A stretch of DNA of 64,000 nucleotides from a virus. Of this stretch, positions 41,638 through 50,767 are shown piece after piece. A program made the position numbers and the translations under genes. Position 1 is the stretch's first letter. Each line of letters starts with the position of its first letter. Under the pieces are notes generated by a model that was not told the origin of the DNA, searched no databases, and was given only the letters and a program-made list of their open reading frames with translations. The stretch spans positions 32,001-96,000 of IMG/VR virus record IMGVR_UViG_3300023074_000001, one strand, 5' to 3'.

Positions 41638-43309
41638 CAGAATAGGAATGGGAGGCAATGTCAATAAGCCCTCCCATTCTGCTAGAATCAGATATCAGAG
41701 GTGACTATCATAATGTACAAAGGATTAGCTCAAGAGATCACTATGTATAGCGAGGCTTGTAGCGAGGGAAGGATTACGGTAGAGCAATACTATTCATTGG
41801 TAGATCTGGCTATCGAATGGCATAAGCTGTTGGAGTCAGCACCTATACCGCGTTTTGTTCTTACTGCTCTAGCAAGGATTAATCACCGCAATTTCCGTCG
41901 CAGCCTTTCCCCAACCGTCCCTCAATCGCCTTCCACAAACCACTCTCCATCCTGATCCTCCCTTCACACTCCCCTTTAGCTGTTCTATAACACTCTCCAC
42001 AACGAGTTACTGCGAGTAATAAAATAAAAACTGAGAGTGATGTCCAATATGATCTTGATACCTACACAGACACAACTCACTAGAGAGCCCGTTTAAGGCA
42101 CCTGAGAGCCAATCTGAGCAATGTTTACCCCCTACCCTATGTCTCAGGTAGCAAAGGCTCTAATTAGCTCTCTAAAACCCTCTCTGAGCCGTTTGACATA
42201 CTGGCTTTACTCGACTAGTGTTGGCACCATGGTTATTCGATGCATGTGGCTGGCATATGACATAGCCTTTCTGATCAACAATCTGCGCACATATGCCGTT
42301 CTCGGCTATGGATCTGGCGTATGTTTACGGAAAAGCGTTGACTCTCTGTGTATGCTACTGTCTTAATGTACCTACATCCTCGCCAGGTCAGAGCGTTTTG
42401 GGATGGCACCTCACACCTATAGACTAAGCCAGATGCTCACTCAAAGTAGTTGTTGACAACTTCAGCAGGCTCGACTAGTGTTCTTCCTATCAGCACAACG
42501 ACCTAAGGGAGTCATCATGAAGCTCAAGACGTGGGACATGATCGAACTGTTCGGTACCACTCACGTTCGCATCCCGCAGAGCACGATGGCGGTTTGTGAG
42601 GCTACCCTCAACCCCAACATTGAGGTAACCGTGATCGACAACATCCGTCAGAGCATCACGTGTGACCGTTGTCTCACTACTCTCCAGAGTCTCCAGATTC
42701 CCACTAGCGTGTGACCTAGTTCACAGGATGGGGGTTGCAAGATCGGCCCCCATCCACTAGGGTTTGTGTTGTAAGGCAAGCGGGACGCGGTAGGCGACAC
42801 AAACACCGGTAAGCAGAAGCAAGGCACAGGATGTCTTGGGGATGTAATCGGTGAAGAAAGCCTAGTAGTTCTCGAAAAGCAGATGATCGCTACTTTCCTC
42901 CGCTTGCCTTACCAGACAACCTCTGATAGTGTTTCTCTCAGAATCAGATACCGACGTAACCGCGCAATGCGGGCTAACACAACTGGTGAAGATTCTGACA
43001 GATTCAACTTGCACGGCAACCGCAAGCCTGGTAGTGTTCTCCATATCAGCAAGTCAACGAGCTAGGGAGTGCATCATGTCGGAAGCCCTGAAGACCTACT
43101 ACAGCCTCAGCGCGAAGCTCCCCCGCACCAACTCGGTTCGTGCTGCCGCCGCCAGCTTGGTCCAGTCTTCCGCCATGGGCACCAACGAGGAGGTCATCCG
43201 CAAGGCGAACGGCTGGCTCCTCCAGGAAATCTTGGAAATGGGCTTGACGACCGATGACGGCTCGACTAGTGTTGACCACAACAGCAACGACAACGCCTCG
43301 GAGGACACC

Positions 43310-43765
43310 ATGTACGCCGACACCCTGAACTCGAAGAACTACACCGTCAAGGCTCTGAAGGAGATCGCTAAGCGGATGGGGCTCAAGCGGTACTCGGCGC
43401 TCCGTAAGGCTGACCTGGCGAACCTGATCGCGGAGAACATCGAGATTCCGGTGATCCTGAGCACCGAGGTTGAGGCTGACATCGTGCCGATCAGCGAGAT
43501 CATGGAGGCGGTCAAGGCTGAGCTTGCCGCTAGCACCCCCGTTAAGGCTCCTCAGATGGCCGCTACCGAGACAGATGCGGATGAGGATGCTCCCCTGACG
43601 GTAGAGGAGATCGTGACCGCCTACACGAACATGAAGCGCACGTGGAACCGTGCAACCGGCAAGCTTGCCCTGAGCCTGATGACCAAGCTGATCAAGATGC
43701 GCACTGAGGTCAAGGCCATGGGGTTCAACCCGGTGGCCGTGGGTATGGGTTACTCGGTAGCGTGA
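43310..43765 (+). CDS. Rho N-terminal (HeH)-like protein (in-frame upstream start at 43076)
   Basis: TVKALKEIAKRMGLKRYSALRKADLANLI; GGAGG SD. Confidence 0.78.
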   Translation: MYADTLNSKNYTVKALKEIAKRMGLKRYSALRKADLANLIAENIEIPVILSTEVEADIVPISEIMEAVKAELAASTPVKAPQMAATETDADEDAPLTVEEIVTAYTNMKRTWNRATGKLALSLMTKLIKMRTEVKAMGFNPVAVGMGYSVA

Positions 43766-43855
43766 CATACCTCACAGGATAGGGGTTGCATACGGTAGCC
43801 CCTACCTACTAGGGTAGTACCTAGATAGCTTACCTACACAGAATGGATACCCACC

Positions 43856-44245
43856 ATGATCGCACGTATCATCGCCCTACTGCTCACCCTACTGGTAGCG
43901 GGTACCGTAGCCACCGCATGTAGCACCCCTGAGAGTGCCGTACAGACCATGGTCAGTGTCACCCCTACTGCTACCCCTAGCCTGCCTGTGTGTGTGGTGG
44001 AGGATGGTGCAGGGCAGGCACTGTGTATGTGGGATGCGCACAGGGCAGGCAATGGCATGGGTACTGATGTGGTCAGTGGTGACTGTGCTCTCACTCTCAC
44101 ACACGATGACATGACACAGGGCATGTGCCTCAACGTGCATCACGATGGGGTTGACGGGCCTGATGCGGTACGGGAATGCAATGACATTTACGAGCAGGCT
44201 AAGGGCAAAGTCAATTTGCTCGAATGTTATCGGGCAATGCTTTGA
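43856..44245 (+). CDS. secreted/lipoprotein, Cys-containing
   Basis: Signal peptide, ATAC; LPVC..EDG...C.WDA..GNGMG. Confidence 0.7.
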   Translation: MIARIIALLLTLLVAGTVATACSTPESAVQTMVSVTPTATPSLPVCVVEDGAGQALCMWDAHRAGNGMGTDVVSGDCALTLTHDDMTQGMCLNVHHDGVDGPDAVRECNDIYEQAKGKVNLLECYRAML

Positions 44246-44265
44246 CAATAAAAGAATGGTAATGC

Positions 44266-44324
44266 AATTGCACCGGAAAAGGGGAATGCGAAAAACACTC
44301 CTCAATTCCGGTGCAATTTTTTTT
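44266..44324 (+). terminator. terminator ending the + strand block
   Basis: AATTGCACCGGAA/TTCCGGTGCAATT plus T run. Confidence 0.75.
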
Positions 44325-44422
44325 ATGCCCGCGACAGCTGTTGGGATTTTTATAGTTAATTCCTACTAAACCGATAGGATATCCTCTGAGTTCTCCACAA
44401 CTAATATAATACAGAACAGGGA

Positions 44423-44505
44423 GTTTCCAAGGAAACCAACCCTAAAATCTGCTGGAAACCTCAAGGAAACTCCCCTGGAAACGTTCTGGAAACCACCTTG
44501 GAAAC
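44423..44505. repeat. clt-like array: six direct GGAAAC plus one inverted copy
   Basis: GGAAAC at 44431, 44454, 44465, 44477, 44488, 44500; GTTTCC at 44423; abuts translocase stop codon. Confidence 0.85.
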
Positions 44506-46485
44506 TTAGCCTAAATAGCGCCAGAATCCTTCCGGTGTCTTCTCCAGTCTACCCTCTGACTGCATAGCGGTGAGCCTCTTACTGACCCATGATTTACCTC
44601 TGTCTGCCGTCATGGATTCCTGTATTTCCTTGTTGACGAAGGTAGTCTTTCCTTCGGCTTTCCAGGACTCCAGAATATTGTAAACCTCCGCAATAGCTGA
44701 AGCAGTCTCATAAGGATCTGTACCTAAATTCCCAGTAGTTTGCGCCTTGGTAGGAATTACTTGAGTAGGTTGTGCGGGACTCAAGTCTATAGTTTCTAGA
44801 TCCTCCAATGTCAATACTTGCGTATCAGGTGCTACCGGCCAATCCTTTGTGGTGTCTCTGAATCCTCTGTTGGATCTCATTTCCTGCCAGGAGGTACTAC
44901 CCGCAGCTACACTATCTCTATAAGCCTGGTAATCCAAACCTAATGCATCAGCGGTAATATTGTCCATAGGATACTCAGGATATGAATCCACATGCTGCTC
45001 TAGATTTCTTACATCTATCCAGTCACTAAGAAGCTGATGAGACGCTAGTCTCTGATCTATCCCAGCAGCCTCTAGATAGAAATGGCCGGGGAATCTATCC
45101 TGCCATAAATGCGGGCTAGCTCCCGATGAACGAGCATACTCCGATAACCCGAACTCAGCATCTCTTTTAGCTTTGACGCCGAAACACATATTACCGCCGA
45201 GGTTATAGCGAGCTGAGGTATTGATACGGTCAGCAGTAGCACGCTGAAGACTAAGCACAATAGTTATTCCAGCAGAACGAGCAGCCTCTAGAAGTTCGAT
45301 CAAATCATTGACCTTAGCAAAACGAGCAGCCTCCTCCAGATGGAAAATCAAGAAGTTAAGACCGCAACCTGACTCCCAATGAGATAATCCTATGCTGGTA
45401 AGGTAATTAGTACGAGCCTCAACAGCATTGATGACAGCATCAATCTGTTTCAGACAATCATCCTCGGTCCAGGCGAACCAAGCCAGCTTAGAAGCCAGAG
45501 GCCCCCCTGTCTGCATACCTTTAGCAGGATCTCCATAGATGACAGACACCTCACTACGAGCCAATACGGTACCATAAATAGCCTGCCAAGCCTTTGACTT
45601 ACCTGTTCCTGGCATTCCTACAGTAAGGAAATGCTGAGATGAGCCTCCATCTTTTCCAGCAATATAGATGACACCACGCTGACCTGTGTCATAAGTAGCG
45701 AATCCTACAGGAGCAACAATCGATTGACCAGGGTATTCTGGCCCCAGCCAAGGATTCTTAGTCTTAAAAGGATTCTCATCGAGAATAGTAATATCTACTT
45801 CACCTTCGATACCGGAATCTGTTTCTGAAACGTGTACTAGAGTACGAGGCTTACCAGCTATTTGAGCCATCTCGATAGCCTTACTCTTAGCATCCTCTAT
45901 TCTTTTACCTAAGCTAAGTTTCATACGGTAGACAGCACCATTACTGGTTTTGTAGCTCTTTTCCTTGTTGATATGGGTAGATTCACCCAGACCGATAGCA
46001 GCAAAGGGATTCTCACTTTTAGTGCTGTTCTCGTTGTCTTCACCTCTGTAGGCCCACCTGCGAATACACCAGGATAAACCTAGAACAGCTCCACCGTACA
46101 TGAAAGTATAGACCGTAGGCATACCGAACATCCACTCACCGAGATCCTGCCATACTGCAATAATCATCCATACGTGTACTAATACAGAAGTAACAGCAGC
46201 ATGTACAGAAATGAAGTGATGAAATTGGTCTCTAGGTCGAAAAAGTTTCCAGGCTAATGCTGATAAAATCAGCATACTAACAACAATAATAATTGTCAGT
46301 ACCTGACTAGCATCTACTGCGGAGGTATCCCCCCAATTCACCTGTGCCCATACACCTAATCTACTGATAACAGCCATGAGAAAAGCTAAACCCGCCCCGA
46401 TGAGCATAGCAATATACGGTAAAGCTTTACCGAACAGTGCGTATTCATCATCGTAGCGGGTTACGTTAATGTTTCTTGTTGCCAC
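44506..46485 (-). CDS. traB: FtsK/SpoIIIE-family DNA translocase, actinomycete conjugative TraB-like
   Basis: N-terminal TM helices, GMPGTGKS, FHLEEAA, ARSAGITIVLSLQRA, C-terminal winged helix (KSWVSKRL..GRLEK..GFWR); GTG after AGGAG. Confidence 0.8.
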   Translation of the reverse strand: MATRNINVTRYDDEYALFGKALPYIAMLIGAGLAFLMAVISRLGVWAQVNWGDTSAVDASQVLTIIIVVSMLILSALAWKLFRPRDQFHHFISVHAAVTSVLVHVWMIIAVWQDLGEWMFGMPTVYTFMYGGAVLGLSWCIRRWAYRGEDNENSTKSENPFAAIGLGESTHINKEKSYKTSNGAVYRMKLSLGKRIEDAKSKAIEMAQIAGKPRTLVHVSETDSGIEGEVDITILDENPFKTKNPWLGPEYPGQSIVAPVGFATYDTGQRGVIYIAGKDGGSSQHFLTVGMPGTGKSKAWQAIYGTVLARSEVSVIYGDPAKGMQTGGPLASKLAWFAWTEDDCLKQIDAVINAVEARTNYLTSIGLSHWESGCGLNFLIFHLEEAARFAKVNDLIELLEAARSAGITIVLSLQRATADRINTSARYNLGGNMCFGVKAKRDAEFGLSEYARSSGASPHLWQDRFPGHFYLEAAGIDQRLASHQLLSDWIDVRNLEQHVDSYPEYPMDNITADALGLDYQAYRDSVAAGSTSWQEMRSNRGFRDTTKDWPVAPDTQVLTLEDLETIDLSPAQPTQVIPTKAQTTGNLGTDPYETASAIAEVYNILESWKAEGKTTFVNKEIQESMTADRGKSWVSKRLTAMQSEGRLEKTPEGFWRYLG

Positions 46486-46751
46486 AGCGACTCCTGTCTT
46501 ATTGTCCTCTACTCTAGAGAGCATAAGAGTCAGCATAGCACGATTATTTCTTAGTGTGCAACTATCTGTCTTTGCGAGAATCCCAGGCCACGGAAGCTAT
46601 AAGCCCACAAATTACCCCAGAGGGTAGGATTCCTATTAAGGTAAAAAACCAATAAAAGGAATCCGTTAGACCAAGGTAGATGCAGAAGCCTATGACTATC
46701 GCAAAAATGCAAGTCAAAATAGAGAACCCTGCGAATATTAAGTTTTCCATG

Positions 46752-47633
46752 TTACACTTTCTGTCTGGCTCTATGTACAGCCTTGTACATAGAGCCGTAT
46801 TGAATGTCCGAACCCTTGACAATTCTTGCCCAGGACAAAATAGTATTGATGTCCAGTTGACCATTCTGTACACAGATCTCTGCGATTTTTGCCAAGGACA
46901 TGGTTGGCTCTCTGGGAAGCCAGTCGGGAAGGATGACTAGTTCACCCTCGTACACAACATCATCGATGTCTTGTTCTGTTCTTGGCATGACAAGTTCTGT
47001 CTTTTCAACAATCTGTACATTGTTAGTCGCTGTCTCAGACATGTCCAGCTGTGGGATGTCTATAATGTCTTCTTGTACGACAGCCTTCCCAACAAAAATG
47101 GCATGTCTATCCTCAGGAATGTCAAGCTTGTCAGCGGCATCTACCAGGCGTTTCTGCATAGAAATACTCATCAACTGCCATGTTTGTTTACGATACCTAA
47201 CCCATGTCAATATTCCCACTCTTGGCAATCTTGGCACTAGTGTACCAGCTGTGCGGCGTTGCTGCCTTGTCATGAAGGACAACATGACCTTCAACATGAC
47301 ACCCGCAATAACAGGAGCAGCCCCAAACATGACCATGCCAACAATTCCGTAGTCATTGACTAGAGCATGTTGTACATTGATGTAAACACTTGTCAGGACA
47401 AAAGTAAATGCCCACAACTCAGGCCAGACACCGCTGTCGTCTGTCTTGGCATATTCAATAGCCATCATGCCAAGCCAAATGGCACCCAGGTCAAATGCTA
47501 AGGATACACCGGCGGACAAAAGCCAAGGAAGGTCAAACCCATTAGTTGCCAAGTCGGTCATAGAATACCAAGACATAGACAAAGCAATGACAACAACTAC
47601 AGCAAATAAAATCCAGTGATACCATCTGATCAT
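46752..47633 (-). CDS. DUF2637/SpdA-like membrane protein with C-terminal helical DNA-binding-like tail
   Basis: Four TM helices with S...L, D, S...NV.H, P pattern; ends YKAVHRARQK. Confidence 0.72.
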   Translation of the reverse strand: MIRWYHWILFAVVVVIALSMSWYSMTDLATNGFDLPWLLSAGVSLAFDLGAIWLGMMAIEYAKTDDSGVWPELWAFTFVLTSVYINVQHALVNDYGIVGMVMFGAAPVIAGVMLKVMLSFMTRQQRRTAGTLVPRLPRVGILTWVRYRKQTWQLMSISMQKRLVDAADKLDIPEDRHAIFVGKAVVQEDIIDIPQLDMSETATNNVQIVEKTELVMPRTEQDIDDVVYEGELVILPDWLPREPTMSLAKIAEICVQNGQLDINTILSWARIVKGSDIQYGSMYKAVHRARQKV

Positions 47634-47642
47634 GCGGACTCC

Positions 47643-47987
47643 CTAATAACTATCATTTTGCGCTAGAGCTACACCTCGATCTACACCTTCGGCATATGCC
47701 TTGTCCAATTCTGTTTCTAGTTCTGTTATTCTCTCTTCAAGGTCTTGGATTTGCTGATCGTATTCTTCTTCCATCTGCTCCTGCATAGAAGCCTCGCCAT
47801 CTTCAACACCGAGTTGATAAGCAGTATCACGCTCATTATCGATTCTGTCAGAATACTGAGCAACAAGTACTTCTAGCTTTTCCAGCAGCCATTTACGATC
47901 AATACTTAATGGCTCTGACGGATTTTCATCTATCAGAGCCATAACGTCTTCTGCAAATTTATAAGCAGTATTATCTTGAGTAGTCAT
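47643..47987 (-). CDS. acidic coiled-coil protein
   Basis: ORF track; AY..G..DG repeats. Confidence 0.65.
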   Translation of the reverse strand: MTTQDNTAYKFAEDVMALIDENPSEPLSIDRKWLLEKLEVLVAQYSDRIDNERDTAYQLGVEDGEASMQEQMEEEYDQQIQDLEERITELETELDKAYAEGVDRGVALAQNDSY

Positions 47988-48018
47988 CTAGCCAGCATAG
48001 TGTTCAATGGGGGCTATG

Positions 48019-49110
48019 TCAAGCCTGAAAAGATTTCATAGCGTCTAAACTCATAGCAGCAGACGTAGGAGGTACTATTTGAGGCTGAGGTTCTACTATT
48101 GCTCCCGCAAATGCCTCACCAACAATGGAAAAAGCCATTTCTAGGCTCCTCATGGGGTCGTTAAGGGCTAACTTAGTCTGCAACTCCCACATAATCTTCA
48201 TAGCCTTCAATAATTGCCCCAAATTAAGCTTACTAGCCAGCATTTGACGCTCAGCAAGAGCATTTCCTTCGTAACAGGAGGTAATTCCCGCCTTCAGCAG
48301 CATAATATCCTTGATAGTTTCGATGATTCTGTCTGCAATTTCATCAGAATTAACGTAATAAGCAGTCTCTTCGAGCTTTTTCAAGGCCGAAATAGGGCCT
48401 CCTACGGCACTCAGCAACAATGTTGGCCCAAAATCAATATTCCCGTGAAGAAGGTTGTATTGCTCTACAGAAGTAATTTCTGCTAACCACACCTGCTCCA
48501 AAAGCATTAAACTCTCTCTAAATGAGCCCTCAGAGCGCTGGGCTATGAGATTAACAAGAGAATCATCGATATTAATACCCTCTTGCTCGATAACATAGGT
48601 CAAACGGCTTTTCAAATCCTCTAATGAGGCTCTTTTGAAGAAATATCTATCGCATCTATGCCTGATAGCAGGCTCAAGTGCCTGAGGTTCTGTCGTGCAA
48701 AGAATAATTATTACATTTTTAGGAGGAAACTCCAACAAATGCAACAAAGCATCAAATGCTTGGTCGCTGATGGAGTGTACCTCATCGATAATAACTACTT
48801 TATTTCCTGCTGAGGAGTAGTTGAGGTTCCTTTTCAACTCTCGAATAGCGTCTACGGAGCCGTTGGAGGCTGCATCGATCTCGATGACTGCTGGATGCCT
48901 GCCTTCATGTACCTCCTGCGCGCCCTCAGAATTAATCTGAGAGGCTACGATGCGTGCCATGCTAGTCTTACCTACCCCCGATGGGCCGGTAAATAATAAA
49001 ACCTGTGAGAGCTTGTCTTTAGCAATCATGGCAGACAGAATAGCGGCAGTAGCGTGCTGACCTACGACATCCTTAAACTCTTTTGGCCTGTACTTCAAGG
49101 CTAGTGTCAT
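48019..49110 (-). CDS. dnaX: DNA polymerase III gamma/tau clamp-loader subunit
   Basis: LALKYRP.F.DVVGQ, GPSGVGKT, EIDAASN, IIDEVH, LEFPP, HRC. Confidence 0.93.
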   Translation of the reverse strand: MTLALKYRPKEFKDVVGQHATAAILSAMIAKDKLSQVLLFTGPSGVGKTSMARIVASQINSEGAQEVHEGRHPAVIEIDAASNGSVDAIRELKRNLNYSSAGNKVVIIDEVHSISDQAFDALLHLLEFPPKNVIIILCTTEPQALEPAIRHRCDRYFFKRASLEDLKSRLTYVIEQEGINIDDSLVNLIAQRSEGSFRESLMLLEQVWLAEITSVEQYNLLHGNIDFGPTLLLSAVGGPISALKKLEETAYYVNSDEIADRIIETIKDIMLLKAGITSCYEGNALAERQMLASKLNLGQLLKAMKIMWELQTKLALNDPMRSLEMAFSIVGEAFAGAIVEPQPQIVPPTSAAMSLDAMKSFQA

Positions 49111-49456
49111 TTAAATCTCCTAAAATGAAGAAAGCTCTACTCAATTGAGTAGAGCTACTATCACTTCTGCTTGGTTTCAATATCCTTTGCAGATACCTTG
49201 CGATCCTTATTACCAGAATAACCATTGCCTGTCTGCGGGCCACCATGACGAGGAATATGCCCATCCTTTGTCTTAGCGGTCTTCAACTGATCCTTGTGCT
49301 TACCAGCCACTTAATTACCTTTCGTTGTACCGGCTACCTGGAGTGGTGTTATTTGTGTTTTTAGGCTCTGTAGCCTTACTTCCTTTGCTTTGCCTGGTAA
49401 TTCCCCCAGGCAAACTAACTCCACAATAATTAGATTTCTTACGTTTAACGCCCATG

Positions 49457-49567
49457 TTCCGCGACCAGGATTCGAACCTGTACCTCTAGATTATCAGTCT
49501 AGTATGCTAACCCATTAGGCTTACTTAAGGCTCCGGCGACCTCGTTTTCAGCTTACATCATCGCGGA
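49457..49567 (-). tRNA. tRNA-Ile(GAT) with ~37-nt D-loop insertion
   Basis: TCCGCGA/TCGCGGA-A; CTAGA CT-GAT-AA TCTAG; 111 nt. Confidence 0.72.
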
Positions 49568-49818
49568 TAGAATTGCTAGCCATGGTGCCTTCCTGCTAGC
49601 TGTAGACCTTACAAGACCCGATCTCGTATGTCTACTGTCTGCGGCCAGACAACAGAGCGTCCTTAAAGACGGGTGTTATACATTCCATAATGTCGGGTAG
49701 TATGTTCAGGACTCATCCCTACCTGAACTGTGCGGGCCTCCTACTCGGCCTTCCGCTTCGGTGGACAGTTTAAAGTTTTATTGAAAGGTCGTCATGAACT
49801 GACAATTTATCGACCTCG

Positions 49819-49898
49819 TGGAATCAGCGGAATTCGAACCCACATCTCCGGCATTAAATCCGGCGTTTTATCCTTTTACACTTTTAAACTATGACCCC
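49819..49898 (-). tRNA. atypical tRNA, loop ATTTAATG (TTA or TAA reading), long D loop
   Basis: GGGGTCA/TGATTCC-A; CCGG/CCGG stem; GTGGG TTCGAAT TCCGC. Confidence 0.6.
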
Positions 49899-49989
49899 AG
49901 GTACTAGTTTTATATGAATACACAACCTTTTAAGGGCATGTAACTCTGGACTTTACGTGTATCTTCGTAAAACTAGCAAAAACGGAGCG

Positions 49990-50127
49990 TGCCAGGTAGA
50001 GGAATCGAACCCCATAGACCTTGCAAGGTCAGCGTACGTCATTACTTCGCGCGAACTAGTAAGAGCGGTATGCAGCCTATGCACCTTGTAGGTTCTTGAT
50101 ACTCAAAAGTATCCCACCAGGCCCGGC
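49990..50127 (-). ncRNA. large tRNA-like RNA with multiple internal hairpins
   Basis: GCCGGG/CCTGGC-A ends, GGGG TTCGATT CCTC T arm, at least four internal hairpins. Confidence 0.5.
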
Positions 50128-50493
50128 TAGATTTGTTAATTAGTGCATGGTTTTTACATGATAGTAAAGGGCATCCTTGGCGGCCTTACGAGAGTTTTTA
50201 TTGTAAGCCAAGTTAATCGTCAGGCCACATTGAGGGCATCTTGCAGCCCATCTTTTTTGCTTTCTTGTCCAATAATCAGAATAAGCTCGTTTAATAATAG
50301 TGCAGTCAGACATAATGTTTCCTTTTTAGTTTAGTATCAGGCTCGTCACCTACCTGACATGGTTGCCCTCCTATTACCGCGCAACTTCTCTTCTCGCACC
50401 AAATGAACGCGATATCTCAGACGCATTCGGCTGTAGCCTTGTTCACTAATGCCTTATGAGGGCAGTCAAACATGGAGATATACTCGGCTTAAG

Positions 50494-50564
50494 CTGACCC
50501 ACAAGGATTCGAACCTCGATAGACAGTGCCAAAAACTGTCGTCCTGCCGTTAGACGATGGGTCA
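50494..50564 (-). tRNA. tRNA-Gln(TTG)
   Basis: Cloverleaf; ACAGT TT-TTG-GC ACTGT. Confidence 0.92.
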
Positions 50565-50767
50565 TCGTATTCTTAATCCCAGGTCGCATCTATTTTCATA
50601 GAATTACCTCTCATCATTTACACTCACACTGCTTCCAATGAAAGTTAGTGCCCAGACCTAAAGCAGGGCAACCCTTTTTATGCTTTAACTGATGAGTCCT
50701 AGCGGTACTCATGGGTCGTTTTGCTCCATCAGATTCTACTGCTGCTGGCCCCTTACTCTTTTTCACG

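Noticed and set aside
36941-43768. Long minus-strand ORFs (36941..37783, 39954..40544, 43046..43768; also 28867..29481)
   Set aside because: Antisense shadows of codon-biased + strand genes
50689-50715. Hammerhead ribozyme (CTGATGA)
   Set aside because: No GAAA after stem II; the sequence folds as a simple ATGAGT/ACTCAT hairpin
49990-50755. tmRNA
   Set aside because: GGGGCC start near 50752 has no matching 3' acceptor/T arm, and no tag ORF ending in Ala-Ala was found
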